Shown here: positions 24,424 to 33,753 of the stretch, in pieces | Position numbering within the stretch: position 1 is the stretch's first letter | Layout of the letters: the number at the start of each line of letters is the position of its first letter | IMG/VR virus record: IMGVR_UViG_3300044987_001206 | Location: 1 to 36,455 of that record | DNA from: a virus | Taxonomy: Duplodnaviria > Caudoviricetes | Length of the DNA stretch: 36,455 nt | Reading direction: 5' to 3' (one strand) | The notes under the pieces: generated by a model | Database searches by the model: none | The model's input: the letters and a program-made list of their open reading frames with translations, nothing else | What the model was told of the DNA's origin: nothing | Position numbers and translations under genes: made by a program

Positions 24424-24575
24424 TTCGCATCCTTGTTCTTGCGATTCCTTGTCCAGTAACTGAACGCATAGTTCTTCACCTTCTTAGCCGCTTTGTGAAT
24501 TTCTCCAGCCTCTTTCTTGCTGATGCTGTACACGCCGGTGCCGCTATCGATGAAGCTCTTGATTTTGTCGCTCAT
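24420..24575 (-). CDS. 51-aa basic protein (absent from ORF track)
   Basis: MSDKIKSFIDSGTGVYSISKKEAGEIHKAAKK...KDAK; ATGA overlaps at both ends. Confidence 0.55.
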   Translation of the reverse strand: MSDKIKSFIDSGTGVYSISKKEAGEIHKAAKKVKNYAFSYWTRNRKNKDAK

Positions 24576-25027
24576 CGGCCACCTCCGAGTGCGTAGTGCA
24601 GCACCAGCAGGGCGTCACAGTTCTTGAGCGTGACGTCTAATTGCGGATACAACTCCTGGGCCTTGCTCTTGAGCTTGCGCTTCCATTCCGCGGAATTGGC
24701 GCATGACCGCTTTCCACCGAGTCCAAGAGGATCCTGCCAGATCTTAGGCTCCACTCGATGAAGCGCGTAACCTTGAGAGTAGGCCAGTCCTTGGACTATG
24801 CCGTAGTTCTCGTGCAGGGTTGCCACGCTTGCTGAGGGTGTGAGCTTGGACACGAACTTGGGTACCTTCTCGATCCATAGGTGACTGTCCGCCACCTTGA
24901 ATCCGCTGAGGAGTTGCGCCATATCGGGCAACGACTCGGGCATTGCGAAGAGAAGGATGCCGTCCTTGGTGTGGATAGCGAACCCCCCGTTTACGCCTGG
25001 GTCACAGGCTACGATTGTTTTGTTCAT
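24572..25027 (-). CDS. RuvC-like Holliday junction resolvase
   Basis: IVACDPGVNGG, WIEKV, V.P..WQ, DALL. Confidence 0.8.
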   Translation of the reverse strand: MNKTIVACDPGVNGGFAIHTKDGILLFAMPESLPDMAQLLSGFKVADSHLWIEKVPKFVSKLTPSASVATLHENYGIVQGLAYSQGYALHRVEPKIWQDPLGLGGKRSCANSAEWKRKLKSKAQELYPQLDVTLKNCDALLVLHYALGGGR

Positions 25028-25139
25028 TGGTTTTTGTTTGTTGAGACTTGATGGTGATTGAGTGGCCGACATAGATACCAGCGATCACGCACAGTGGCAG
25101 AAGGACTGCCATGCCCATGATAGTCAGTGCGGTGTTCAT
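25002..25139 (-). CDS. 45-aa single-TM protein (absent from ORF track)
   Basis: ATGA-coupled to the helicase stop; MNTALTIMGMAVLLPLCVIAGIYVG... Confidence 0.45.
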   Translation of the reverse strand: MNTALTIMGMAVLLPLCVIAGIYVGHSITIKSQQTKTNEQNNRSL

Positions 25140-26257
25140 AGGATCGTGCATCCAAGTTCCTTGTAGCACCTGACCCGTTTCTTGGAGTGAGCCTGAGCCA
25201 GAGGATGGAAGGTATCCTTGAAGTCATGGATGAAGGCAGTGTCCTTTCCTGGTGCCCGCCGCAGCGCACGGCTGGCCCGCTGGATGGTTTTCTGTGCGCT
25301 TCGCCCTCCAGATACCATAATCAATGTCTCGACGTTAGGAAGGTCAAGACCCTCATCGGCCAGCGAGGTGGCGATCATGGTTCGTACGTTCCCTGCCTTG
25401 AACTCTTCCATCGCTTCGCGGCGAGCTTTCTTGGGCATCTTGGAATACACCAGTATCGATCCTTCGATCTTGCTGGCGTACATCTCGCCGAGTGTTACCC
25501 GCGGTACAAGCACCAGGGTAGGTCCAGTTGCAGATGAGGCATTGGCCAACATAATGGCGACCCCGTTCCGGAGCTTGTTGCCACAGATACCGATCTCAGT
25601 GAGTGCTTCCCAAGCGCACATGGCCCGAAGGATGGGCTGACTCACTTGCATGTACCTCTTGCGATCGGTGAACAGCCTCTCGATTTGATCATCGATCTTC
25701 TGCTGGAGATGGAGGTCAGTGGCGTCATTCATGAACACGGTGGCATGAGCGAGTACACCGGCCAGTTCATCACGGCGGATCTCGAACTGGGTATCGCGGA
25801 ACATCTTACGAAGGATCTCATTGCGCTCGGGATCATCGGACCAAGGAGTCGCGTCAAAGCCGAAGCGAAGTCCTTTGCAGGACTCGATGATCTTACGCCA
25901 GGTGGTCGCCGGCGCATGCTTGGCCTCATCGACGATGATCAGGTTTTTACGGGAGAAATCTACGGAGTCATGGGGGCAACGAACCTCGACCCGTGAAGTA
26001 TCGACTCCTACTGCTATGAGCGAATCGATTGCCTGCTGACAGGTCTCACGGGTAGGAGCAAGCCATCCGAAGGTCCACTCGGGCCATCGAGCAAAGTGCT
26101 TGATAATGGAGGAGGCGATGACGGTCTTGCCGCATCCAGCAGGAGCAATGATGAGTCCATCGGCTCCAGACTTAGCCCACTCGACGGCTCGTTGCTGGTA
26201 GGGACGAAGCAGAAATGCTTGCGTCGAATTGGTTTCGGGATGATCTTTGGTCTGCAT
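25136..26257 (-). CDS. SF2 DNA helicase
   Basis: LRPYQ, APAGCGKT, IVDEAKH, DATP, EGLDLP, QRASRALR. Confidence 0.9.
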   Translation of the reverse strand: MQTKDHPETNSTQAFLLRPYQQRAVEWAKSGADGLIIAPAGCGKTVIASSIIKHFARWPEWTFGWLAPTRETCQQAIDSLIAVGVDTSRVEVRCPHDSVDFSRKNLIIVDEAKHAPATTWRKIIESCKGLRFGFDATPWSDDPERNEILRKMFRDTQFEIRRDELAGVLAHATVFMNDATDLHLQQKIDDQIERLFTDRKRYMQVSQPILRAMCAWEALTEIGICGNKLRNGVAIMLANASSATGPTLVLVPRVTLGEMYASKIEGSILVYSKMPKKARREAMEEFKAGNVRTMIATSLADEGLDLPNVETLIMVSGGRSAQKTIQRASRALRRAPGKDTAFIHDFKDTFHPLAQAHSKKRVRCYKELGCTIL

Positions 26258-26295
26258 AGCGTTCGTTGCGACTATGTTTGTTTGGGACTCGATCA

Positions 26296-26321
26296 CCCCC
26301 GGGAGCTGCACCTCCCGGGGG
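26296..26321. promoter_or_regulatory. Perfect 10-bp GC hairpin between SSB-like and helicase genes
   Basis: CCCCCGGGAG-CTGCAC-CTCCCGGGGG; no U-tract on the coding (minus) strand. Confidence 0.6.
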
Positions 26322-26335
26322 CTTTCGTTTAGATA

Positions 26336-26755
26336 TTAGATGGCGTCGAGATCAGCGGGCACCTTCTTCATGCGGCGCACTCGGAAGGTCGTTTGTTCGG
26401 CCCCGTGCTTGTCGGTGTACTTCTCCTCCTCGATTACGATCACGAGGGACAGACCAACGAATCCCTGAAGGAATCGGAGGAAAGCCCCTCCAATGCTAAA
26501 ATCGAACTCATCTCCATCAGCGATGTTAGCTTCGGTGGCACTGATGAGGGCTTGGAGCCGCCACATCATGGTGTCCTTGAGAACGAAGCGGTCGCTGATG
26601 ACTTCGCCCGCTGGCCCCTTGTAACGGAGGGTTGCGACGGCGTTGCCAGACTTGTCGAGTCCATCGTCCTTGCAGGAGTTGACGGTGACGGTGTATTCGC
26701 CGGGAGCGGCGAACGGCTTAACTTCTGCGGATGCTCTATCTACTTTGAATGTCAT
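26336..26755 (-). CDS. ssDNA-binding protein-like (DUF669-type)
   Basis: PGEYTVTV...SGN...D.F....WRL; follows the recombination genes. Confidence 0.65.
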   Translation of the reverse strand: MTFKVDRASAEVKPFAAPGEYTVTVNSCKDDGLDKSGNAVATLRYKGPAGEVISDRFVLKDTMMWRLQALISATEANIADGDEFDFSIGGAFLRFLQGFVGLSLVIVIEEEKYTDKHGAEQTTFRVRRMKKVPADLDAI

Positions 26756-26780
26756 ATTATTGTGCGTTGGTTGATGTTTG

Positions 26781-27557
26781 TTATTCGGACTGACGAGCCG
26801 CCCACGCGGGCAGCGAGAGTGTTTGGGTGGTGGAAGGGTAACAAGGCCAAGAGTTGAGTTCCTGGCATTCGATAAACGTGCGGAGCTGCTCGTCGATAAT
26901 GGAGTTACCAAGATCGATGGCCTGCTGGTCGAGTTCGTAGCAGCAGACTCCGTAGGGTGCTTCCTTCTCGACTGCGATGAAGATGAACCGGTTGATGCCG
27001 GTGATGCGCTGATACCAAGCGGCTTGAACATGGTAGCGGAACTGAGCGCAAGACTTGGCAAAGGCCGCGGGTGAGGCGTCCTGGGTGGTCTTGAGGTCGA
27101 TGATGTAATCCTTGCCGATCCCATCGATACGGGCTTTGACCTCGATGCCGGACCACTCGGCGAAGTAGGAGACCTCGGTCTTGATTCCATCCAGTAGGCC
27201 AGCGGCAGCAGGATGAGCGTGAACCGCATCGGCTGCTCCGGTGAGGTTGTTCCACTGATCTTGAGGCAGCGGGATCTGTCCGTTGTCGATGATCAGTTGG
27301 TAGTCTTCCTTGCCCTGCTTGGTGCGACGATCACCAGTGAACATCCTGTAGGTCAGAATAAAGCGTTCCGGCTCTAGGACGGCGCAATGGGCAGCGGTAC
27401 CGAACTCCAGCGCGGGACTGGATTCGTTGCGGGTCTTTCCATCCTGCCAAGAGCGGAAGTGCGCGGGGGACTTACGGAACTGATCGAGACCAGACTTCGA
27501 GAGTGCCTTCGCCTCGTGGTAATCCGCGGCGGGCATGTCGTACATGATATCAACCAT
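26781..27557 (-). CDS. RecE/exonuclease VIII-like PD-(D/E)xK nuclease
   Basis: YH...LSKSGL...SPAH, FGTAAH..VLEP, KARID, IDLKTT, YHVQAAWY, FIAVEK. Confidence 0.88.
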   Translation of the reverse strand: MVDIMYDMPAADYHEAKALSKSGLDQFRKSPAHFRSWQDGKTRNESSPALEFGTAAHCAVLEPERFILTYRMFTGDRRTKQGKEDYQLIIDNGQIPLPQDQWNNLTGAADAVHAHPAAAGLLDGIKTEVSYFAEWSGIEVKARIDGIGKDYIIDLKTTQDASPAAFAKSCAQFRYHVQAAWYQRITGINRFIFIAVEKEAPYGVCCYELDQQAIDLGNSIIDEQLRTFIECQELNSWPCYPSTTQTLSLPAWAARQSE

Positions 27558-28338
27558 TGGAAACCTCCGTGGTGGCGATCTCAGGGGTGACGATGACGGC
27601 GAGCTTGCTGAGGATGAGGTCCGGCTTGGAGATGTACTTGGAAGCGACCGCATCGGGGAGATCGCGGAAGGTCTGACCATCCTGAATGCGACCGGCTTTG
27701 AGAAGCAGAGCGTTAACCTCTTGCTCGCGGTCCTCGAACAGGGCTTCAAGCTTGGCGGTGATGTCGAAGCTCTTGGTGGGAGCTACCGATACCTCGGTGA
27801 GAGCGGGGGTAAACTCCTCGGTCTCCTCCGGTGTGTAGATGCCGGCCACAACCTCTGGGGCGAGCATGCGAACCGCTTTGGATATACAACGAGCGCGGAG
27901 CATTGCGGATGGATCCTTGGCCCATCCAGACCCCGGCTTGGCGGGCAGTAAGCCGGCCATCTTAGCGTCCTCGGTGGTGAAGGAGATCTCGCAAGCATTG
28001 CCGTCGTAGGTCCAGAGGGCGATGGCGGCGCGGGAGTCGAATTGCTTCCAGAGGATCTTACCTCCGCGGGCACGGTACCCGGCAAGCATGGCGTCTGAGC
28101 GCATGCTCAAGGATCCGTTGATGATGTGATACTCACGTTTGAAGTCGAAGGGGGTCTTCTTCTCGGCGGCGCATTGCCACGCGATAAGCTTACCTTGTTC
28201 GACCTTGGTGCAGCCCAGCATTCCGCTGGCTGCGATCCACTCGCCCATCTTTTCGATGGCTGAGATTGGATCCTGTATTTTGCTGTACATCTCGGAGTTA
28301 TCCGAGGGGGACGTTGTCGTTGCGATTGAGTTGTTCAT
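27550..28338 (-). CDS. RecT/Redbeta-like single-strand annealing protein
   Basis: W.KDP.AMLRAR.....R...P....GIYTPEE; adjacent to the exonuclease. Confidence 0.75.
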   Translation of the reverse strand: MNNSIATTTSPSDNSEMYSKIQDPISAIEKMGEWIAASGMLGCTKVEQGKLIAWQCAAEKKTPFDFKREYHIINGSLSMRSDAMLAGYRARGGKILWKQFDSRAAIALWTYDGNACEISFTTEDAKMAGLLPAKPGSGWAKDPSAMLRARCISKAVRMLAPEVVAGIYTPEETEEFTPALTEVSVAPTKSFDITAKLEALFEDREQEVNALLLKAGRIQDGQTFRDLPDAVASKYISKPDLILSKLAVIVTPEIATTEVSNG

Positions 28339-28508
28339 TGTGGGTTTTGTCTGAGGAGTTCCTCGATTACATCGGAGCGGACACGGATGGTTCTCTTCGT
28401 CGCCTTCATGGCTGGAAGCTTTCCTGACCGGATCCACCGACGCACCGTCTCGGGATGAGTCCCGAGAGCCGAAGCAATCTCTTGGACGGTTAGAAGTTTT
28501 ACGCTCAC
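28335..28508 (-). CDS. Xis/MerR-like (HTH_17) DNA-binding protein
   Basis: LLTVQEIASALGTHPETVRRWIRSGKLPA....IRV. Confidence 0.85.
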   Translation of the reverse strand: MSVKLLTVQEIASALGTHPETVRRWIRSGKLPAMKATKRTIRVRSDVIEELLRQNPQ

Positions 28509-28515
28509 GCAAGCC

Positions 28516-28543
28516 AAAGTAGCAGCGTGTTGCAAACTGTCGA
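28516..28543 (-). promoter_or_regulatory. Putative promoter giving a leaderless mRNA for the replication operon
   Basis: TCGACA-16 nt (ending TGC)-TACTTT, 7 nt before GTG at 28508. Confidence 0.5.
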
Positions 28544-28562
28544 GAGTTTTCTTTCGGAAAGT

Positions 28563-31500
28563 TTACTCGGGGGGTTGTTGGAAGCCCCGGCGAGCGGCGA
28601 CTGGCGTGAGGGTTTGGCCGGATTCTCGCAGTTCCTTGAGGAAACGGTACTTGCCGATTTCCCCACCTTTCTCGTAGGCGGATCGCAGCAATTTCAGTTT
28701 GATTTCATCGGTTCCTTGCTGGTACTGGCCGCTAGTAAAGACCCGCTCAGAAAGCCCTCTCCGGTAAAAACCAACGAGTTGAGAATACCGGTCATATTGC
28801 TCCGGATTCATCCGCTCAAAAGTTTTGTTATGAAAAGTCAGCGAAGGGTTTGGAACCGATGGAATCGCGTTGTTGTCCGCCGTCTTGCGCCAGAGGCGGT
28901 AGATCGAGGCGTTGAGAGGATCAGCCTCAATGGACCGACTTTTCCACGCATCGAAGAAATTGTAGGTCCAAGGATTCTCGCCCTTTGGCGTCTGCTCAAC
29001 AGCATCTCCCCACAAATCTCGGCGCACCGGCATGGAGTTTGGATCCTTTACACCAGGGATGGCCAACCCAAGGGCGGCGTACCGCTGGTTTAGCTCGTTA
29101 ATCGAATCCTTTATGAACCCTTCGCCGCCAATTGAAGGCAGGTATTCACGCTCAGCACGGCGAGCTGCACCGAGGATATTGGGAGCAAGAGGTGATGCTG
29201 CGGTAATCGAAAGGTTTTTCACAAATCGATCCAGTGAATTCGATGACTCTTCGGACATCAGCTTGATGAAGTCGCTGGTTCCTTTAAGGAACTGCTGCTC
29301 CATGATGAAGTTGATTCCAGAAAGAGCTGCACCTTTTCCAAGCGATAGAAAATCGGGATCACTCGTCTTGGACCGCTCTTGGATTCGACGGGTTGTTCCC
29401 ACCATTAACCCGATGGCTCCGCTTGTTCCAAGTGCTGACAGATCTTTCACGCTATCACCGGGCCGGAACGATGGGTCTTCTCCTTTAACTAACCGTCGAA
29501 GTGCGCTGGTGTTGATCGTGCCTGGAGGCATCACGCCACCAGCTTTGGCCAACTCGCGAGCCTTGTTGGTCTCCCCTGGAGTATCCAAATTCGGTGTAAT
29601 CACACCCTTGTCGTAAAGGTAATAGTAGGCTCCTGCAACCGTGGTTCCTACGATCAATCGAGCGGTCGCCGTATTGCGCTCTTTGGGAGTCATCTTTGAC
29701 CAATTCCGAAGTACACCAGCAGGGGTGAACTGGAGGATTTCAGCGGCAACATTGATCGGTGTTTTCTGGAACAACGAGATCAACCGATACGGGATATAGA
29801 GAGGGGTTTTTTCTCTTATGAATTGATTGATTCCTGCAACGCCCTGAGTCGCAACATTGTCTTGCTGGAAGATTGAACGGGCGGCTTCGAACTCAATTTG
29901 ACCAAGATCTTCGGCGGTGAATCCACGTTGGCCAGCAGCTTGAGCCTCATCGGAAATGAGCATTAACTTAGGGTTACGAGTAGCCACACGGATTTGCCCT
30001 TCCGATAAACCCCGCTGGCGACCAATCTCTGAAATTACACGGGCGCGTTCAGCCTGACGGAAAGGAACATCGGTCGCTTGAGTCATCCTAAGCATGACGT
30101 CTGGAATGACGCCTACCGTTGCTTCGACTAGGTTGCGAATAACTGGTGTTTCCTTGTACTCGCCAGACATGGCTTCAAACAAGTTTCTCCATGCCCTCTG
30201 AAAATTAAGTGGATTTCCAATGCTTGTTCCAAGCTCATAAGGATTTCCTTCTGAACCCTTAAGCATGATACGCTTTGCTGTTGGAAGCGATTTTCCAAAC
30301 GCCTCGATACGCTTAAGTGTTCGTGATCGGATGTCGTATGAGTTGTTCTTTCCTCCAGACAACGCGGAATCAATTCCCATCGCAGTAAGGTCTGCTAACT
30401 CTCTCAATGGGGCGTTGATAGTGTTTCCAAGCACGTTGCGAATAATGGAGATCGGACCCATCACAGATCCTTGAACCATCGACAAAAACAGGTCTGTTGC
30501 AGTAGATGGGTTTATGCGAGCAATCTGCTCATTTAACACAACATCAGCTTCAGATCGAAGAGCATCGGCCATGTCTGCGAGACCAGACGCAATTCTTTCT
30601 CCACGGACATCTCCTTTGTTAGCTGCATCTGTCATCAGGATCTCAGCGCGTTTAACGGCATCAACAGCACCGCGATACTGATCTATTGAATTCCCCAGTT
30701 TAGTGGCCTGCTCAGGAGTGATCATCCTTCCACGTTCAGCCATCGATTTCGTGACCAACTGAACCACTCCTTCGCGAGATGCTGACTTCAGTAGCTTGAA
30801 TTGGTTGATGAGCTGACCCCAAGTGGTTCCGCTTTCAGCCAAGGTAAGCGATAGATCCGCAGCTTCTTTGGTGCGACCTTCATTGATCAACCGGTTGAAC
30901 AGTTCCATTCCCGAAGCAACGCGGGTATTGGACTTAGCATTTCCAAGATCAGCATTAAGCTGTTCAGGGGTTGCAACCGATACTTGATCGACCACTTGTT
31001 CAACATTCTGCGGAAGATATGAAGCACGGGGCGATTTCGCTACCGATTCACGAATAACCGGAGGAACACTTGGGGAGGCGGCAACGCGCTCAGCAAATGC
31101 GCGAGGTTCCATTTTCGGAGGAGCTTGAATTTGTGATGGTCGTTGGATTGTTCGCGTGAGTTGGTTTGCAAACTCAGCCTCATCAAAATTCTCTTTAAAG
31201 TTCTGTTGAGCGTAACGTAATCCAGCAGCAGCGGCGTCAGCAATAGATCCTCCAGCGCGGATAATTTCTTGAGCTACAGTCAATGCCCCATTCCAAGCTG
31301 AACCCATAAGCTGTGGGAACGGATTCATACCAAGCCCAGGTTCTACATTAGTACGAAGACCTTCGAGTTTTTCTGCAACGCCCTCGGCCTTTTGCCGGAA
31401 CTTACCTTGGGTTTCTTCCAAAGATTTCTGCCAGACTTCGTTAAAAATTGTGCGTTCAGCAACAGGTAATCCAACCTCTTTACGGCCAATACCAATTGCC

Positions 31501-32894
31501 TTCTCAATGCTTTTCTTTGTAACCTTAGCCGGTTCTCCGCGAACAGCACCAGACTCCAAAGCGTCTGCAACAGCTTCAGCGGCAAGTCGTTTATCACGGG
31601 AAGCAAGTGCGCGATTTAGCTTCTCATCAACAGTTTCAAGAGCGGTGGATGTGCGAGAAGCAGTTTCCTGTTCAGCAGCGATTCGCTCGTCGCGCAATCG
31701 GAGTCGTTGAGCGAGGATATCCTCAGTTGACCTAAGCGGAGTCCCCTCTTGAACAGCAGCTTCTACTTCACGCAGGGGAAGCATTCCACCTTCAGCCGCA
31801 GCACGAGTGCCTTCTCCAATCACTTCTGGTTGATAGATGAACGGTTCATCCGGATTCATTCCGGAGATCAACTCGCGGAACTGCGTCTTAAAATCTTGAA
31901 CCGGAACGATTCGATCCATCTGATCGATGAGTCCGCCCACCTGATTGATGGCTTCTCCAACGGTCTGTTTTCGAGAAGCAAGGTTATCAAGCACATCGGC
32001 TTGAGTAACGCCTTTGCTTTTCAGTCCGAAAGACTTTCCAACTTGCGCTCCAAGACCAGCAGCAAACAGTGTTCCGATAGCAGCCTCAAACGAAGCTTTG
32101 AGTTTCTGCTCTGGAGTAGCTTCTGGATCAGCAATGGTCTGCAACGCAACACCAGTTGACTCGGCGGCTCCTCTGGTAACCTCGGGAGCTAAGACAGCAG
32201 GAATGGCTTTTCCAACTTGTTCAGTTGCACGAGCCGCTTCTGACGCACGAGTCAAATCCGCAATCTGTGCGGCGCGAGCGGCGGATGGAGCGGTAGATTC
32301 TGCAAACGCTTCAGTGGCGGCTGCAACCGATCTAGGAATTTGAGTGGCTTCTTTAGCAGCACCCGCAATCCCCATCGTCATCAGATTCATCGGGGAAAGA
32401 AGATCAGCAGCAACTTGGCCTGCTACTTCTCCTGCCGGACGAGTCACTGACTGCGGAATTGATCGAAGACCAGGAGTAACGATTCTCGCAATGTCAGCGG
32501 CTTTTGCACCTAGAGACGCTCCCAGTTCGCGTTTCTCAGGAGAAGCAGACAAGAGGGCCATGATGCCTTCCTTGTCGATACGGGATGCGCCTTCGAGCAT
32601 TCCCTGCTTTGGTTCTCCACCAGTGACTTGCTGGAGAACTCTTCCAGCGGTTGCGACATCTTGGGGGGTTGGACCACCAAACGCCAACGGAGCGACAAGA
32701 CGAGCCAATGAAGGGGCCACAGACTTGGCCTGCTCGTACAAGCTAGGAGGAGCCTGGAGAACTGGTGCATCTGGATATTTCTGTTTGCCAGCAAAAACGA
32801 AGGCCCGCTCGACATCTTCCTTTGTCGGGGGCCTGTCGCCTTCCAGCTCAAGAGTTACTCCAGTGGCATCCTGAGTGACTTCGTAGATAGGCAT
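28563..32894 (-). CDS. Large internal virion / DNA ejection protein
   Basis: 1443 aa, helical, last gene of the late operon; no lysozyme motif seen. Confidence 0.75.
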   Translation of the reverse strand: MPIYEVTQDATGVTLELEGDRPPTKEDVERAFVFAGKQKYPDAPVLQAPPSLYEQAKSVAPSLARLVAPLAFGGPTPQDVATAGRVLQQVTGGEPKQGMLEGASRIDKEGIMALLSASPEKRELGASLGAKAADIARIVTPGLRSIPQSVTRPAGEVAGQVAADLLSPMNLMTMGIAGAAKEATQIPRSVAAATEAFAESTAPSAARAAQIADLTRASEAARATEQVGKAIPAVLAPEVTRGAAESTGVALQTIADPEATPEQKLKASFEAAIGTLFAAGLGAQVGKSFGLKSKGVTQADVLDNLASRKQTVGEAINQVGGLIDQMDRIVPVQDFKTQFRELISGMNPDEPFIYQPEVIGEGTRAAAEGGMLPLREVEAAVQEGTPLRSTEDILAQRLRLRDERIAAEQETASRTSTALETVDEKLNRALASRDKRLAAEAVADALESGAVRGEPAKVTKKSIEKAIGIGRKEVGLPVAERTIFNEVWQKSLEETQGKFRQKAEGVAEKLEGLRTNVEPGLGMNPFPQLMGSAWNGALTVAQEIIRAGGSIADAAAAGLRYAQQNFKENFDEAEFANQLTRTIQRPSQIQAPPKMEPRAFAERVAASPSVPPVIRESVAKSPRASYLPQNVEQVVDQVSVATPEQLNADLGNAKSNTRVASGMELFNRLINEGRTKEAADLSLTLAESGTTWGQLINQFKLLKSASREGVVQLVTKSMAERGRMITPEQATKLGNSIDQYRGAVDAVKRAEILMTDAANKGDVRGERIASGLADMADALRSEADVVLNEQIARINPSTATDLFLSMVQGSVMGPISIIRNVLGNTINAPLRELADLTAMGIDSALSGGKNNSYDIRSRTLKRIEAFGKSLPTAKRIMLKGSEGNPYELGTSIGNPLNFQRAWRNLFEAMSGEYKETPVIRNLVEATVGVIPDVMLRMTQATDVPFRQAERARVISEIGRQRGLSEGQIRVATRNPKLMLISDEAQAAGQRGFTAEDLGQIEFEAARSIFQQDNVATQGVAGINQFIREKTPLYIPYRLISLFQKTPINVAAEILQFTPAGVLRNWSKMTPKERNTATARLIVGTTVAGAYYYLYDKGVITPNLDTPGETNKARELAKAGGVMPPGTINTSALRRLVKGEDPSFRPGDSVKDLSALGTSGAIGLMVGTTRRIQERSKTSDPDFLSLGKGAALSGINFIMEQQFLKGTSDFIKLMSEESSNSLDRFVKNLSITAASPLAPNILGAARRAEREYLPSIGGEGFIKDSINELNQRYAALGLAIPGVKDPNSMPVRRDLWGDAVEQTPKGENPWTYNFFDAWKSRSIEADPLNASIYRLWRKTADNNAIPSVPNPSLTFHNKTFERMNPEQYDRYSQLVGFYRRGLSERVFTSGQYQQGTDEIKLKLLRSAYEKGGEIGKYRFLKELRESGQTLTPVAARRGFQQPPE

Positions 32895-32895
32895 A

Positions 32896-33741
32896 TTATT
32901 TCATTCTGACTTTAAACCCCGGAATGTCAGTCGATTTCTCTTCTTCAGGCTTTTTAGTTGCTCCAGCGGGCGGAGGCGCACCGAATCCTTGTCCTTGATT
33001 TGAAAACAATTGTTGAAGAATCTTTTGTTGTTCAGCAATAGGAACTGGTTTCTTGAAACGAACAGTAGGTTGCATCTGACCAGTCAGAGAATCCGTTGAA
33101 TATGTAACTTCATACGGGGGCTCTTCAGAAGGCTTCTGCTCAAGAAATTGCTTGAGCTGAGGAATCTTATTTGAAAGCTCAGATATCTGATCAGCAGTGC
33201 CTCCAACAGTTCCATATCCTGGAACATTGATTTGAGTGTACCCTGACTTTATTTTCTTGGCCTCATCTTTCTGTTCCTGTATGGCCTTCTCGTAAGCAGC
33301 CTGTTCCTCAAGAGATTCAATCGGCTCCAAGGCCGGTATAGGCATGGCCATTGATCCGCCAAGCTGGTACTCAGGACGAGCCTTAAGTTGGCCAACCAAT
33401 GATGGACGTAGAGTTTCGCGCTTTTCACCGGCTTCTTTTGCCCGAGTTTCTGAAGCAGCTTTATCGCGGGCAGCGATTAATTTAATCTCGTCCTGAAGCC
33501 TCTGCTGCCGTTCAGCTTCCATTCGACTGCCCAACCTTTCTTCATTCAAAGACTTCAAGTTTTCTTCCATCAACGCCCGCTTCGCATAGTTCCGATTGCG
33601 GATATCCTCGTTGGTCCCGGTGAACTCGCCGGCAATACCACCGGTAAGCATGGAGAGCCCCTTCATGAAAGGGTTGATGCGCTGATTGGCCTGCCGCTCA
33701 AGCATAGCCCTGATGTCCTCCGTTTCTTCTCTGGTAGCCAT
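32896..33741 (-). CDS. Internal virion / ejection protein
   Basis: 281 aa coiled-coil with a glycine-rich amphipathic N-terminal segment. Confidence 0.6.
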   Translation of the reverse strand: MATREETEDIRAMLERQANQRINPFMKGLSMLTGGIAGEFTGTNEDIRNRNYAKRALMEENLKSLNEERLGSRMEAERQQRLQDEIKLIAARDKAASETRAKEAGEKRETLRPSLVGQLKARPEYQLGGSMAMPIPALEPIESLEEQAAYEKAIQEQKDEAKKIKSGYTQINVPGYGTVGGTADQISELSNKIPQLKQFLEQKPSEEPPYEVTYSTDSLTGQMQPTVRFKKPVPIAEQQKILQQLFSNQGQGFGAPPPAGATKKPEEEKSTDIPGFKVRMK

Positions 33742-33753
33742 AAGATATAGTTT

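Noticed and set aside
28335-28508. Excisionase implying a temperate prophage
   Set aside because: No integrase, att-like tRNA fragment or CI/Cro pair recognised in the closed genome; more likely a transcription regulator.
26336-28512. Long N-terminal extensions of the SSB-like, exonuclease and RecT-like ORFs given in the track
   Set aside because: They are out-of-frame overlaps of upstream genes; true starts are at 26755, 27557 and 28338.
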